From a virus: 53,615 nt of DNA. Below, piece by piece: positions 8,900-17,852 of the stretch; position 1 is the first letter of the stretch, and the number at the start of each line of letters is the position of its first letter. The stretch is taken from IMG/VR virus record IMGVR_UViG_3300045988_126023, positions 1-53,615 of that record. One strand, given 5' to 3'. Below the pieces are notes generated by a model. It was not told where the DNA came from. It did not search any database and worked only from the letters and a program-made list of their open reading frames with translations. A program made the translations under genes and the position numbers.

Positions 8900-9023
8900 A
8901 GTACACTCAAGCGAGTGGAAGTGCAAGGGGCGGCGAAAGCCGTCAAGATATAGTCTGAACTATATGGCGACATATAGCAGCCGAAAGGCGGTTACGGATT
9001 AGCGACCCGTAGCGAACATATTG

Positions 9024-12000
9024 TATGCAGGAACAAAAGAGGGCGCTACACAAATGGTTAATGACGCTGCAAAGATAGATAAAAGCGTCAAGGCAAATGA
9101 TATATCGTATGCCAACCTTGTAAAAGCTATACACGCTGTACAGGTAAAAATGGATATTTACGGTACAACGTCAAAAGAAGCCTTTGGTACTATTCAGGGT
9201 TCAATGAATACCTTTAAGGCGGCGTGGGGAAATCTTATGCCTGCCTTGATACAGGGCGGCGACGCATTTGACCAGTGTGTAAACAATCTCGTTGATAGTA
9301 TTGTCGGATTTAAAGATGAAGCGACAGGAGAAATAAAAGGCGGTCTTATTAACAACCTTATGCCCGCAGCCGAAAAGGCTCTTGAGGGTATAGGGACATT
9401 GATTGATAGATTTGTTCCGATTCTCGCTGAACAATTTCCGAAAATCGCAAAAAGATTGATACCGCCACTGATAAAAGCAGCGGTGGAGTTGGTTAAAGGT
9501 CTTGTTAAGGCGCTACCCGACTTGGTAAAAATAATAGGCTCAACCTTTTACGATATTTTCAGTGAACAATTCCCCGCTGTTGCAAAAATAGGAAAATTCT
9601 TTCAAGACAATTCCGAAAAAATAGCCAAGGGTATAAAGATAATTATACCTACCGTTCTCGGACTTGCTGCGGCATTTAAAGGCTTTAAAGCTGTAAAGTC
9701 TTTGAAATCCCTTTTCGGCAATCTGAAAGGCGGTAAGGGCGGAGCAAGTGGCAACGGCGGTATTTTGAGCACTTTTCAGAATCTCGCAAAGATGAAAACC
9801 ACAACCGTCTTAAAAGGAGTGGCAAATCTCGCTATAATTCTCGGCGCACTTGGCGGATTGCTTTATATAGCAACAAAAGTGTTCCAAAGTGGCGTTGACT
9901 TCAAAGAGATGTTACAAGTCATTATCTTGGTGGGAGCTTTGGGAGCTGTTGGAATTGCATTGGCTAAATTCATTGATATAGCGGGTAAAATCAAAATAAC
10001 GACAGCACTTAAAGGCGTTGCGAACATTGCAATCATCATAGCTGGCTTGGGAGCGCTTCTTTGGGTGGCAACAAAGGTTTTTCAAGGTGGAGTAGACTTT
10101 AAAGAAATGATTAAAGTAATCACCTTAATAGGCATTTTGGGTGTCGTTGGTACAGTTCTTGCGGTATTCGCTGGAATTGTAGGGTTAATACCCGTTTCAA
10201 CAGTCGCTTTAGGGCTGGCTAACATTGCGATTATAGTTGTCGGTCTCGGCGCTTTGCTGTTTGTTGCTACAGAGGTATTTAAAAACGGTGTTGATTTCGG
10301 AAAAATGCTACAGGTCATTTCGCTAATTGGTATTCTTGGCGTTGTAGGCAGCGTTCTCGCTGTAATGGCTGGTATCATTGGTATTATACCTTTCCCGTTA
10401 GTAATTGCGGGGCTTGCAAATATAGCGACAGTAATAGGAGGCTTAGAGCTTATCCTTGTGGCGCTTGGTGCTTTGTCTAAAATCCCTGGATTTAATGGTT
10501 TGATTGAAAGTGGTGGCGAATTGCTGGCAACGACTTTCAAGGCCATAGGTAAGGCTATCGGTTCTCTTGTAGGCGGCTTTGCAGAGGGCGTGACAAGCAG
10601 TCTCCCTCAAATAGGAGAACATTTCGCAGGATTCGCCAAAGCGTTAGAGGGTGTAGATTTTACACCGATGAAAAGTTTTTTTGACGCATTAACTTCAATA
10701 AGCGGGTTGCCGAGTTCAGGCGGAATATTCCAGTTATTTACTGGAGACCCCTACACAGGGCTTATGAAGATGATACCGATACTGCCTTTGCTTGCTGCTT
10801 CCGCAAAAGCCTTTATGGTTATTGTAGGCGATATAAAGGATTTCAGCCCGATAAGCTCATTGCTTAGCGCTCTTTCAAATGTAAGTGCTATGCCGAGTTC
10901 AGGCGGATTTTTCCAGCTATTCACGGGCACTCCGTATGAGGGTTTGCTTGAAATGGTTAAGATTTTACCGTCGCTTGGTGCAGCAGCAAGTATATTCTTT
11001 AAATTCGTGGGGGGAATAACGGACTTTAGCCCGATAAGTTCACTTCTTAATGCTTTGGCCAGCGTCAAAGAAATGCCGAGTTCGGGAGGTTTCTTTCAAC
11101 TCTTTACAGGAGACCCGTATGCAGGATTATGTAAAATGGTATCATTGCTTCCTCTGCTCGGTGCAGCAACAGGTATATTCTTTAAACTTGTAGGCGGTGT
11201 AACAGATTTCAGCCCGATTTCTTCTTTGTTGAACGCATTAGCTTCTGTTAAAGAATTGCCTAAGTCTGGCGGCTTTGCTCAGTTTTTCACTGGCGACCCA
11301 TACGCTGGATTATGCGAGATGATGTTATTGTTACCGCCGCTTGGTGCGGCAGTTAGCGCATTTTTCAAACTTGTTGACGGAATAACTGATTTTAGCGTTA
11401 TATCTTCTTTGTTTAATACTCTGTCAAGTGTTAAGGATTTACCAAAAGCGGGAGGGTTTGCTCAGTTATTTACGGGAGACCCGTACAAAGCCCTTATCTC
11501 AATGGTATTTATTCTTCCCACACTCGGACAGTCGGTAAAGGCGTTCTTTAAGGCGATTGACGGTATTGACGATTTCAGCAAAATTTCCGCTCTTTTTGCA
11601 GAGCTTGGGCAGCTCGACAAATTAGTCGGGAAAGACGGAGGACTATTCAACGCAATAGGAGACTTCTTTAACGGAAGTGAAGATTCCGCCGTGGTAATGC
11701 TTGGTGCAAGCCTCAAAAGTTTTGCTTCAGACACAAAGGACTTTTTTGCTTTAGTAAACAGTGCTAACCTTAACAAACTTAACGGAATGTGGCTTGCCTT
11801 TGCAAATGTAAAAGGCTTAGATAGCGCAGTTTCTCAGATAGTAACTAAGATTTCCGAGTTACCTAAAAAAATGGGTGACGCTCTTAAACAGGGTGGCTCA
11901 AGTCTTAGTGACGCACTTGTTAAAGTGTGGAAAGACGCTGTGCAAGCTTCGGTAGCGCCAGTAAATAAAGTGCTTGACGCTGCAAACTGGATATTGAAAG

Positions 12001-13121
12001 AGTTCGGCTCAAATAAGCGAGTGATAACATGGAAACCTTATGCAAAAGGCACAAACGGCCATAAAGGCGGAAATGCACTTGTGAATGACGGAAACGGCGC
12101 TGAATTAGTCCAAATGCCTAACGGAGAAGCGTTTATACCTACAGGTAAAAATGTGCTGATTCCTAATGCACCGAAAGGAATGAAAGTATTACCCGCAGAG
12201 CAAACCGCACAGCTTATGGGTAAGAAATCGCCTACATTTGCGTATGCAGACGGAATAGGCGACATTGATATTTGGAGCTACATAGATAATGCAAAAGGCT
12301 TGACCTCCAAAATAGCGGACAGTATCAGCTATGACGGCTTGAGCGGCTTTAGACTTGGTGTAAGTCAGGGTATGGTAACAACCTTTACAGGAGCAATGAC
12401 AAACTGGGTTGATAAGCTATTTAAAGAAGAAGGAGTTTTAGGGCTTGCAAATTATGCAGCGTCTAAGGGCGTTGCTCAATGGAAATCTACCGTTATACGA
12501 GCCTTGAAAATGGAGGGGCTGTATAGCGCCGCAAATGTCGAAAGAACTTTATTCCAAATGCAGACAGAAAGCGGAGGAAATCCGAAAGCAATAAATCTGT
12601 GGGACAGCAATGCTAAAAAGGGCATACCCTCAAAGGGCTTAATGCAGGTAATTGACCCGACTTTTAAAGCGTATGCAAGAGCGGGCTTTGACAAAAATAT
12701 ATATGACCCGTTGAGCAACATTTTAGCGGCTATCAGATACGCTGTTGCAAGATACGGCTCATTAGCAAGAGCTTTTAGAGGTGTAGGTTATGCAAACGGC
12801 GGTTTTGCAAATAAACCGAGTATATTCGGCGAGGACGGTCTTGAAGCGGCTATTCCGTTGTCGAGAAATAAACGCAGCAGAGGGTTAAACCTTTGGGCGC
12901 AGACTGGCGAAATGTTGGGCGTTTCTTATTCACCAGAGGGAGACGCAGGATATTCTAACTATATCGAGAACAACACATATTCGCCACAATTCACGCTTAA
13001 TATAAGCGGAACGAGTGATGATAGAACAATGGCACGCAAGGTTAAAAACTGGGTTAAAGAAGCGTGGGAAGATGTTCTTGACACTTACGAAAGTAAAACG
13101 CCACAGACACAAGAAGTATAA
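9024..13121 (+). CDS. tape measure protein, exon 2 (TM-hairpin repeats, 61-aa repeats, C-terminal lytic transglycosylase domain)
   Basis: Begins YAGTKEGATQMVNDAAK. SLT motif FQMQTESGGNPKAINLWDSNAKKGIPSKGLMQV...YDPLSNILAAIRY. The spliced protein is 1,623 aa. Confidence 0.85.
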   Translation, partial: YAGTKEGATQMVNDAAKIDKSVKANDISYANLVKAIHAVQVKMDIYGTTSKEAFGTIQGSMNTFKAAWGNLMPALIQGGDAFDQCVNNLVDSIVGFKDEATGEIKGGLINNLMPAAEKALEGIGTLIDRFVPILAEQFPKIAKRLIPPLIKAAVELVKGLVKALPDLVKIIGSTFYDIFSEQFPAVAKIGKFFQDNSEKIAKGIKIIIPTVLGLAAAFKGFKAVKSLKSLFGNLKGGKGGASGNGGILSTFQNLAKMKTTTVLKGVANLAIILGALGGLLYIATKVFQSGVDFKEMLQVIILVGALGAVGIALAKFIDIAGKIKITTALKGVANIAIIIAGLGALLWVATKVFQGGVDFKEMIKVITLIGILGVVGTVLAVFAGIVGLIPVSTVALGLANIAIIVVGLGALLFVATEVFKNGVDFGKMLQVISLIGILGVVGSVLAVMAGIIGIIPFPLVIAGLANIATVIGGLELILVALGALSKIPGFNGLIESGGELLATTFKAIGKAIGSLVGGFAEGVTSSLPQIGEHFAGFAKALEGVDFTPMKSFFDALTSISGLPSSGGIFQLFTGDPYTGLMKMIPILPLLAASAKAFMVIVGDIKDFSPISSLLSALSNVSAMPSSGGFFQLFTGTPYEGLLEMVKILPSLGAAASIFFKFVGGITDFSPISSLLNALASVKEMPSSGGFFQLFTGDPYAGLCKMVSLLPLLGAATGIFFKLVGGVTDFSPISSLLNALASVKELPKSGGFAQFFTGDPYAGLCEMMLLLPPLGAAVSAFFKLVDGITDFSVISSLFNTLSSVKDLPKAGGFAQLFTGDPYKALISMVFILPTLGQSVKAFFKAIDGIDDFSKISALFAELGQLDKLVGKDGGLFNAIGDFFNGSEDSAVVMLGASLKSFASDTKDFFALVNSANLNKLNGMWLAFANVKGLDSAVSQIVTKISELPKKMGDALKQGGSSLSDALVKVWKDAVQASVAPVNKVLDAANWILKEFGSNKRVITWKPYAKGTNGHKGGNALVNDGNGAELVQMPNGEAFIPTGKNVLIPNAPKGMKVLPAEQTAQLMGKKSPTFAYADGIGDIDIWSYIDNAKGLTSKIADSISYDGLSGFRLGVSQGMVTTFTGAMTNWVDKLFKEEGVLGLANYAASKGVAQWKSTVIRALKMEGLYSAANVERTLFQMQTESGGNPKAINLWDSNAKKGIPSKGLMQVIDPTFKAYARAGFDKNIYDPLSNILAAIRYAVARYGSLARAFRGVGYANGGFANKPSIFGEDGLEAAIPLSRNKRSRGLNLWAQTGEMLGVSYSPEGDAGYSNYIENNTYSPQFTLNISGTSDDRTMARKVKNWVKEAWEDVLDTYESKTPQTQEV
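9798..10490 (+). repeat. in-frame tandem repeat, about 198 bp x 3.5, encoding paired transmembrane helices in the TMP
   Basis: Units (T/S)T.LKGVANxAIIxxGLGxLLxVATKVFQxGVDFKEMxxVIxLxGxLGVVGxVLA... recur at 66-aa spacing. Confidence 0.7.
10710..11624 (+). repeat. in-frame tandem repeat, 183 bp x 5 (plus a degenerate sixth), in the TMP
   Basis: P(S/K)(S/A)GGF(F/A)QLFTGDPYxGLxxMxxxLPxLGAAxxxFFKxVGGxTDFSPISSLLNALASVKE. Unit starts at 10710, 10893, 11076, 11259 and 11442. Confidence 0.85.
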
Positions 13122-13180
13122 TTTTTTTGAAGTAAAGCGGTCGATTATGGCCGCTTTACTTTCTGAAAGGCGGTGTACTA

Positions 13181-13864
13181 TTGGCACTTATAAATAACAT
13201 TTATGTGAACGTAACAGATGAAAGTCTTTCAAGACCTGTCAATGTTACACAGCACCCAGTTGAAAAAGGTTTACCACTTACCAGTACCGTAAGAAGGCAA
13301 TCAAAAACGATAAGCATTAGCGGAAAGATTGTTGATACACCTAAATACAAAGCAGAGACGATTATATCTAAACTTGAAGCGTTTGAAACAAGCGGTTCTT
13401 TGATAGATTATAAAGGCCGAAATGTAGCGGGGAACTTTCAAATTAAGTCTTTCAATACATCTCACCCGAACACCATTTGGGGCGGCGCTGAATTTGACAT
13501 GGAGCTTGTAGAAACAAGAATATCCAAAAGTGCATATAATCCAAAACAGAATACACAAGAAAGTGCAAACGCACAGAAAAACAAGACAAACCCGACTTTA
13601 AAAGTGGGGGCAATAGTTGTATTTAAGGGCGGCTCTGTTTATGTTTCGTCAGACGCAAAACGCCCCGCAGCGACGAGGGGTAGAAGCACTTGTAAAATAA
13701 CCATTATAAATACCCGCAGTTGGTCTGTTCACAGCTATCACCTAATTTCCACAGACGGAAAAATGGTTTATGGCTGGGTAGATAAATCAAACATAGAGGG
13801 TACAGGAAATACAGGAACTTCGTCATTGACAAATGGCGGCACACAGCAAGTAACAACGAAATAA
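13181..13864 (+). CDS. tail / baseplate protein (XkdP position) with a beta-rich C-terminal domain
   Basis: 227 aa with a TTG start. First gene after the TMP. The C-terminus LKVGAIVVFKGGSVYVSSD...GWVDKSNIEG looks SH3-like. Confidence 0.4.
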   Translation: MALINNIYVNVTDESLSRPVNVTQHPVEKGLPLTSTVRRQSKTISISGKIVDTPKYKAETIISKLEAFETSGSLIDYKGRNVAGNFQIKSFNTSHPNTIWGGAEFDMELVETRISKSAYNPKQNTQESANAQKNKTNPTLKVGAIVVFKGGSVYVSSDAKRPAATRGRSTCKITIINTRSWSVHSYHLISTDGKMVYGWVDKSNIEGTGNTGTSSLTNGGTQQVTTK

Positions 13865-13865
13865 G

Positions 13866-14198
13866 GTGAATCAAGTGGAAATTATAGAAATTAACAAAAA
13901 TATAATTCCCTATGTTTTCAAAATCATGCTGGGGAATGAGTTGTTTGATGTCAGAATTGATTATAATAATACCGCTGATTTATTTACCGTTTCTCTGTCG
14001 AAAAATGGCGTTGACTTGTGTATAGGTGAGCCGATAATATACGGCGTTCCGCTGTTTGGCGATTTGCTGACACACGGGGAATATCCGAACGTAAAAATTA
14101 CGCCTATTGACGAAAGCGGCGAAATGTCGTCGGTCACATTTGACAATTTGTCAACAACCGTATTATTAAGTGTGACTGGTGGTGATTCTGTTGAATAG
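13866..14198 (+). CDS. small tail protein (hypothetical)
   Basis: 110-aa ORF with a GTG start, in the tail operon. No motif recognised. Confidence 0.35.
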   Translation: MNQVEIIEINKNIIPYVFKIMLGNELFDVRIDYNNTADLFTVSLSKNGVDLCIGEPIIYGVPLFGDLLTHGEYPNVKITPIDESGEMSSVTFDNLSTTVLLSVTGGDSVE

Positions 14199-15102
14199 GT
14201 CAAGACAGGTATTTGCAGGTAAAACCGACAAAACACGCAGTAGGCTTATAAAATCAATGGCCGAGGGGCTTGAATACCTTGAAAGCTACGATAAAAGGCC
14301 GAGCGGTGTTTTTGGAAGTGAAGCAAAAATCATTTGCGGTGATGTCGTTGTAAATTCAAACGATTTAGACCTTGAGTTTAATGTTAAGTTTGATGATGAT
14401 ATGGAAGCGAACGAGGCGGAAGTTGTCATATACAACCTGACAGACAACACAATAAACCAATTCAAGTATCATGCCAGAATATCAATCATAGCGGGCTTTA
14501 AAGGAGATACAGGGTTAGTATTCAGCGGTTATATAACTAAGGTTAAAACAAAGCAGGAGGACGCTGACAAGGTTACAACAATCACCTGCATTGATGATGT
14601 CGCAAACCACACAATAAGCGAAATCACATACGCAGCGGGCACTAAAGCAAGCTATATCTTGAGAGACTTACTGAAAAAAACAGGTATTCCGATAGCTGTA
14701 TTTAATATGCGCCGTGACTGGACTTACAAAGATGAAGAAAAAGTAGACGGCGACCTCATGGAAAATATCAAGAAATTCAGCGAGGTATGCGGAGTATCTA
14801 CCTATATCAACAAAGGTCAAATTTATTCAAGGTATATAAAAACGGGTGACAACCTGAGATTTAACCTTTCAGAAGAAACGGGCTTGATAGGTAGTCCGTC
14901 AGAGTTTACCGAAGAAAAGACCGCAGAAGATTATAAAGAAACAATAAACGGCTATGAATGTGAATGTATATTGCAGCACAGATTTTCAGCGGGCGGAATA
15001 ATCAATCTAAGCAGCCTTTACGCAAACGGTCAATATCGTATATGCAGCGGAGAACACACATTCAATGCCGACGAGGCTATTTCAAAAATCAAAATTTACT
15101 AA
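14179..15102 (+). CDS. baseplate hub / late-control-D (XkdQ)-like protein
   Basis: About 300 aa at the XkdQ position. ISIIAGFKGDTGLVFSGYITKV resembles gpD-family cores. The start is uncertain (GTG 14179 or TTG 14191). Confidence 0.45.
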   Translation: MVILLNRSRQVFAGKTDKTRSRLIKSMAEGLEYLESYDKRPSGVFGSEAKIICGDVVVNSNDLDLEFNVKFDDDMEANEAEVVIYNLTDNTINQFKYHARISIIAGFKGDTGLVFSGYITKVKTKQEDADKVTTITCIDDVANHTISEITYAAGTKASYILRDLLKKTGIPIAVFNMRRDWTYKDEEKVDGDLMENIKKFSEVCGVSTYINKGQIYSRYIKTGDNLRFNLSEETGLIGSPSEFTEEKTAEDYKETINGYECECILQHRFSAGGIINLSSLYANGQYRICSGEHTFNADEAISKIKIY

Positions 15103-15145
15103 CGCACCTATAAAGGGTGTGTTTTTGTATTAACGGAGTGATAAA

Positions 15146-15601
15146 ATGGGAAATTTGAGCTTTTTTGATAATATGCTTGAAAACAAGTTGAAAAACCTCC
15201 ACACAGCATATCTGGCGAAAGTTATTTCCACAAGTGGAACTACGGCAAAAATACAGCCTTTGGGGCTGGTAAAAGCCTACGGCGAAAATGCACAAGCGCA
15301 AGCGCCGTTATCAAATGTGCCTATTGCAGTACAAAAAATCAAGAACGGGGACAATTCTGTAAATGTCGTTACTGATATAGCAATGGAGTTAGTAAAAGAG
15401 GGCGACACAATCAAAGATGTAAAGCTCACAGTTACGAAATCCAATATATCAATTCCACAAATATCAAACATTGCAGCAGGTGACATTGTTATTTGCGTTT
15501 GTTGCGAGAGAGATATAACGGAGGCGAAAAACGGCAGAAACAGTACCCCCGCTATAGGCCACCACAGCATGAGCGATAGCGTAATTGTCGGCTGTTTGTA
15601 A
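15146..15601 (+). CDS. baseplate spike / XkdR-like protein
   Basis: 151 aa. Called on synteny, immediately before the gp25-like and J-like genes. Confidence 0.4.
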   Translation: MGNLSFFDNMLENKLKNLHTAYLAKVISTSGTTAKIQPLGLVKAYGENAQAQAPLSNVPIAVQKIKNGDNSVNVVTDIAMELVKEGDTIKDVKLTVTKSNISIPQISNIAAGDIVICVCCERDITEAKNGRNSTPAIGHHSMSDSVIVGCL

Positions 15602-15613
15602 AGAGGTGATTAT

Positions 15614-15976
15614 ATGAAAGGATTTGCTTTGCAAAATGGAGATGTACTCATAGAAAACAACGAAATACAAATGTCTTATGATACAGATTTAGCAATGCAG
15701 ACCATTAAAAGCGTTTTATCCACCGTAAAAGGTGAATGGTTCGTAAACTGGAATGAGGGTGTTGATTACGGCGAAATCTTAGGAAAAAAAGAAATTGCCG
15801 TAAGCGATGAGATAATAAAATCCAAACTTCTGGACGGACTAAAACAATATGATGAGAACCTGATTATTGATGTGTTTGAAAAGGCCTTTGACAAAGAGGC
15901 TCGAAAGCTACAAATAAAATTAGGCGTTATCAACAAGGAAACAGAAGAAAGAATGACAATCAATTTAGATTTGTGA
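15614..15976 (+). CDS. baseplate wedge protein (gp25/W, XkdS-like)
   Basis: 120 aa. ...IKSVLSTVKGEWFVNWNEGVDYGEILGKK pattern. Precedes the baseplate J gene. Confidence 0.5.
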   Translation: MKGFALQNGDVLIENNEIQMSYDTDLAMQTIKSVLSTVKGEWFVNWNEGVDYGEILGKKEIAVSDEIIKSKLLDGLKQYDENLIIDVFEKAFDKEARKLQIKLGVINKETEERMTINLDL

Positions 15977-15987
15977 GGTGATTAAAA

Positions 15988-17166
15988 ATGCCATTAACGG
16001 AACTGGGATTTAAGCGGCGCACCTATGATGAAATTCTGCAAAGCAAAATAGAAAAGGCTCGGGAGCTGTTCGGCGAAGATATTGACACCAGCGAATTAAC
16101 GCCATTCGGAAAATTTATTCGTATCAATGCTTACGACCAAGCGCTGACAGAAGAAGAAGCGGAGATTATCTATTTTTCCATATTCCCGAATACAGCCACA
16201 GGAACAAGCCTTGACCGTCTTTGTGTATTTGCTGGAATAAAGAGAAACCCCGCTACAAAGTCTCAATACAGGGTTACTGTACACGGTACAGCAGGGGCGA
16301 CAGTACCTAAAGGGTTTTTGTTCGGCACTGAAAGCGGGGTAAATTTTGCGGTTGTTGAAAACACAACGCTTAACGATAGCGGCACGGCTACCCTGAATGT
16401 GGAATGTGTGACAAGCGGAGATATTGGCAATGTTCCCGCCTCAAAGATAAATAAAATAGTCAACCCCGCTGCTGACATTGAAAGCGTTTCGGGCGTTGAG
16501 ATTATTACAAAAGGGCAGGAAACAGAAAACGACTACGAGTTAAGAACCCGATTTTCTGAGGCGAAAGAGGGGTTAGGGTCTTGTAATGAGATTGCTATAA
16601 AATCGGCTCTTTTGCGTATTCCTACCGTAACCCACGCAGGAGTTATAGTAAATGAGACAGATACCACAGACAGCGACGGCAGGCCAGCAAGAAGCTTTGA
16701 GTGTTATGTGAGCGGCGGCAACAATTACCATGAGCAAATTGCCGAAACGATATTTGAAAAGAAGCCTATAGGAATTAAAACTCACGGGAAAATATCGCAA
16801 GAAATAACCGACACTGGCGGTCATAAACATACCATAAAATTTTCTCATACTTCAAATGTCGAAGTATATATACGGGTTGCAATCAAGACAAATGTAGAGT
16901 TTGAGGGAATGACGGGTAAGCAAGAAATAAAACAAAACCTTGATACATTTATCGACCAAACAGGAATCGGAAAATCTGTAATTCTTTCTTCTTTGTACGG
17001 CCAAATTCATAAAGTGGTAGGTGTAACGGAAGTAACCGAGCTGCTGTTGTCAACTAACGGAACTACATGGAGCACTAACAATATTACAGCGGAGCAAGAC
17101 GAAAATTGTATATGTGCTCAAGTGCAAATCAAGCAGAACGACGGAAATTATGAGGTGATTTCCTAA
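15988..17166 (+). CDS. baseplate J-like protein (XkdT-like)
   Basis: 392 aa. The N-terminus FKRRTYDEILQSKIEKARELFGEDIDTSELTPFGKFI is typical of the Baseplate_J family. Synteny agrees. Confidence 0.7.
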   Translation: MPLTELGFKRRTYDEILQSKIEKARELFGEDIDTSELTPFGKFIRINAYDQALTEEEAEIIYFSIFPNTATGTSLDRLCVFAGIKRNPATKSQYRVTVHGTAGATVPKGFLFGTESGVNFAVVENTTLNDSGTATLNVECVTSGDIGNVPASKINKIVNPAADIESVSGVEIITKGQETENDYELRTRFSEAKEGLGSCNEIAIKSALLRIPTVTHAGVIVNETDTTDSDGRPARSFECYVSGGNNYHEQIAETIFEKKPIGIKTHGKISQEITDTGGHKHTIKFSHTSNVEVYIRVAIKTNVEFEGMTGKQEIKQNLDTFIDQTGIGKSVILSSLYGQIHKVVGVTEVTELLLSTNGTTWSTNNITAEQDENCICAQVQIKQNDGNYEVIS

Positions 17167-17798
17167 TGCAAGCTGAGTTTAACAAAGAAAATTTAGTAAA
17201 GAACTTGCCAGACGCTTACAAAAAGAATAATGAAAGCAATAACTTCAAAATTCTTGAGGTCGAGCGTATAGAGTGTGCAAATTTACGAGACGACTTGCAG
17301 AGCATAAACGAAATACTGGATATAAATAACGCAACAGGGAAAACCCTTGACCGATACGGCGAAAGGGTAGGGCAGCCACGGGGGCTTGCTACAGACGCAA
17401 AATATCTCTTGATGATAAAGGCTAAAATAATGCGGAATCTATCAAACGGAAGTTATCAGAGCATTATTGACGCATTATGCGAGACTTTTAATTGTGACCC
17501 GTCAGAAGTTTATATTCAGGACGAAGATGAGCCTTGTACCGTTAAATTAGTCTCTTTGCCTCTTGCCTTTATCATAGGTGCTGGATTATCTACGTCGCAA
17601 ACAGTAGCAATAATAAAATCTATGCTTCCTGTTGGCGTTAGCCTCTCTACATTTCTGTTTGAGGGCACATTTGAATTTGCAGACGGAGAAAACGAGCAAG
17701 ACACAGAAAAAGGGTTTTGCGACATTGAGGGCGGAACAATGGGCGGTTATCTCGGGGCGACTGATTCCGACTTAACAGATGAAATTCTGCCAATATAA
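17166..17798 (+). CDS. baseplate/tail protein (XkdU / gpI-like, DUF2313-type)
   Basis: 210 aa, start overlapping the J stop (TAATG). LVKNLPDAYKKNNESNNFKILEVE motif. Confidence 0.5.
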   Translation: MQAEFNKENLVKNLPDAYKKNNESNNFKILEVERIECANLRDDLQSINEILDINNATGKTLDRYGERVGQPRGLATDAKYLLMIKAKIMRNLSNGSYQSIIDALCETFNCDPSEVYIQDEDEPCTVKLVSLPLAFIIGAGLSTSQTVAIIKSMLPVGVSLSTFLFEGTFEFADGENEQDTEKGFCDIEGGTMGGYLGATDSDLTDEILPI

Positions 17799-17852
17799 CA
17801 GGTCAAAAAGACATCGTAAAGGTGTCTTATTTTTATTTTAGGAGGAGTAGAA

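Larger units (their letters stand above)
8132..9023 (+). mobile_element. group I intron (phage IA2/td-like) carrying an HNH homing endonuclease ORF
   Basis: P1 pairing of 8125-8131 (actgggt) with 8147-8153 (gctcagt) places a U.G wobble at the splice site. The terminal base is G9023. Core-like strings aacggggaaaccc, acaatcccgtgg and gtcaagatatagtctgaac are present. Splicing restores KLG|YAGTK in frame. Confidence 0.8.

Noticed and set aside
9798-11624. The tandem repeats as a CRISPR array or satellite.
   Set aside because: The repeats are in frame within the tape measure, 183-198 bp long, diverged and without spacers. No CRISPR-like array exists in the window.
13131-13160. The perfect 10-bp hairpin after the TMP stop as an operon terminator.
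   Set aside because: It has no U-tract, and the downstream baseplate genes have no promoter of their own. It is more likely an RNA-stabilising or pausing structure, so it is not annotated as a terminator.
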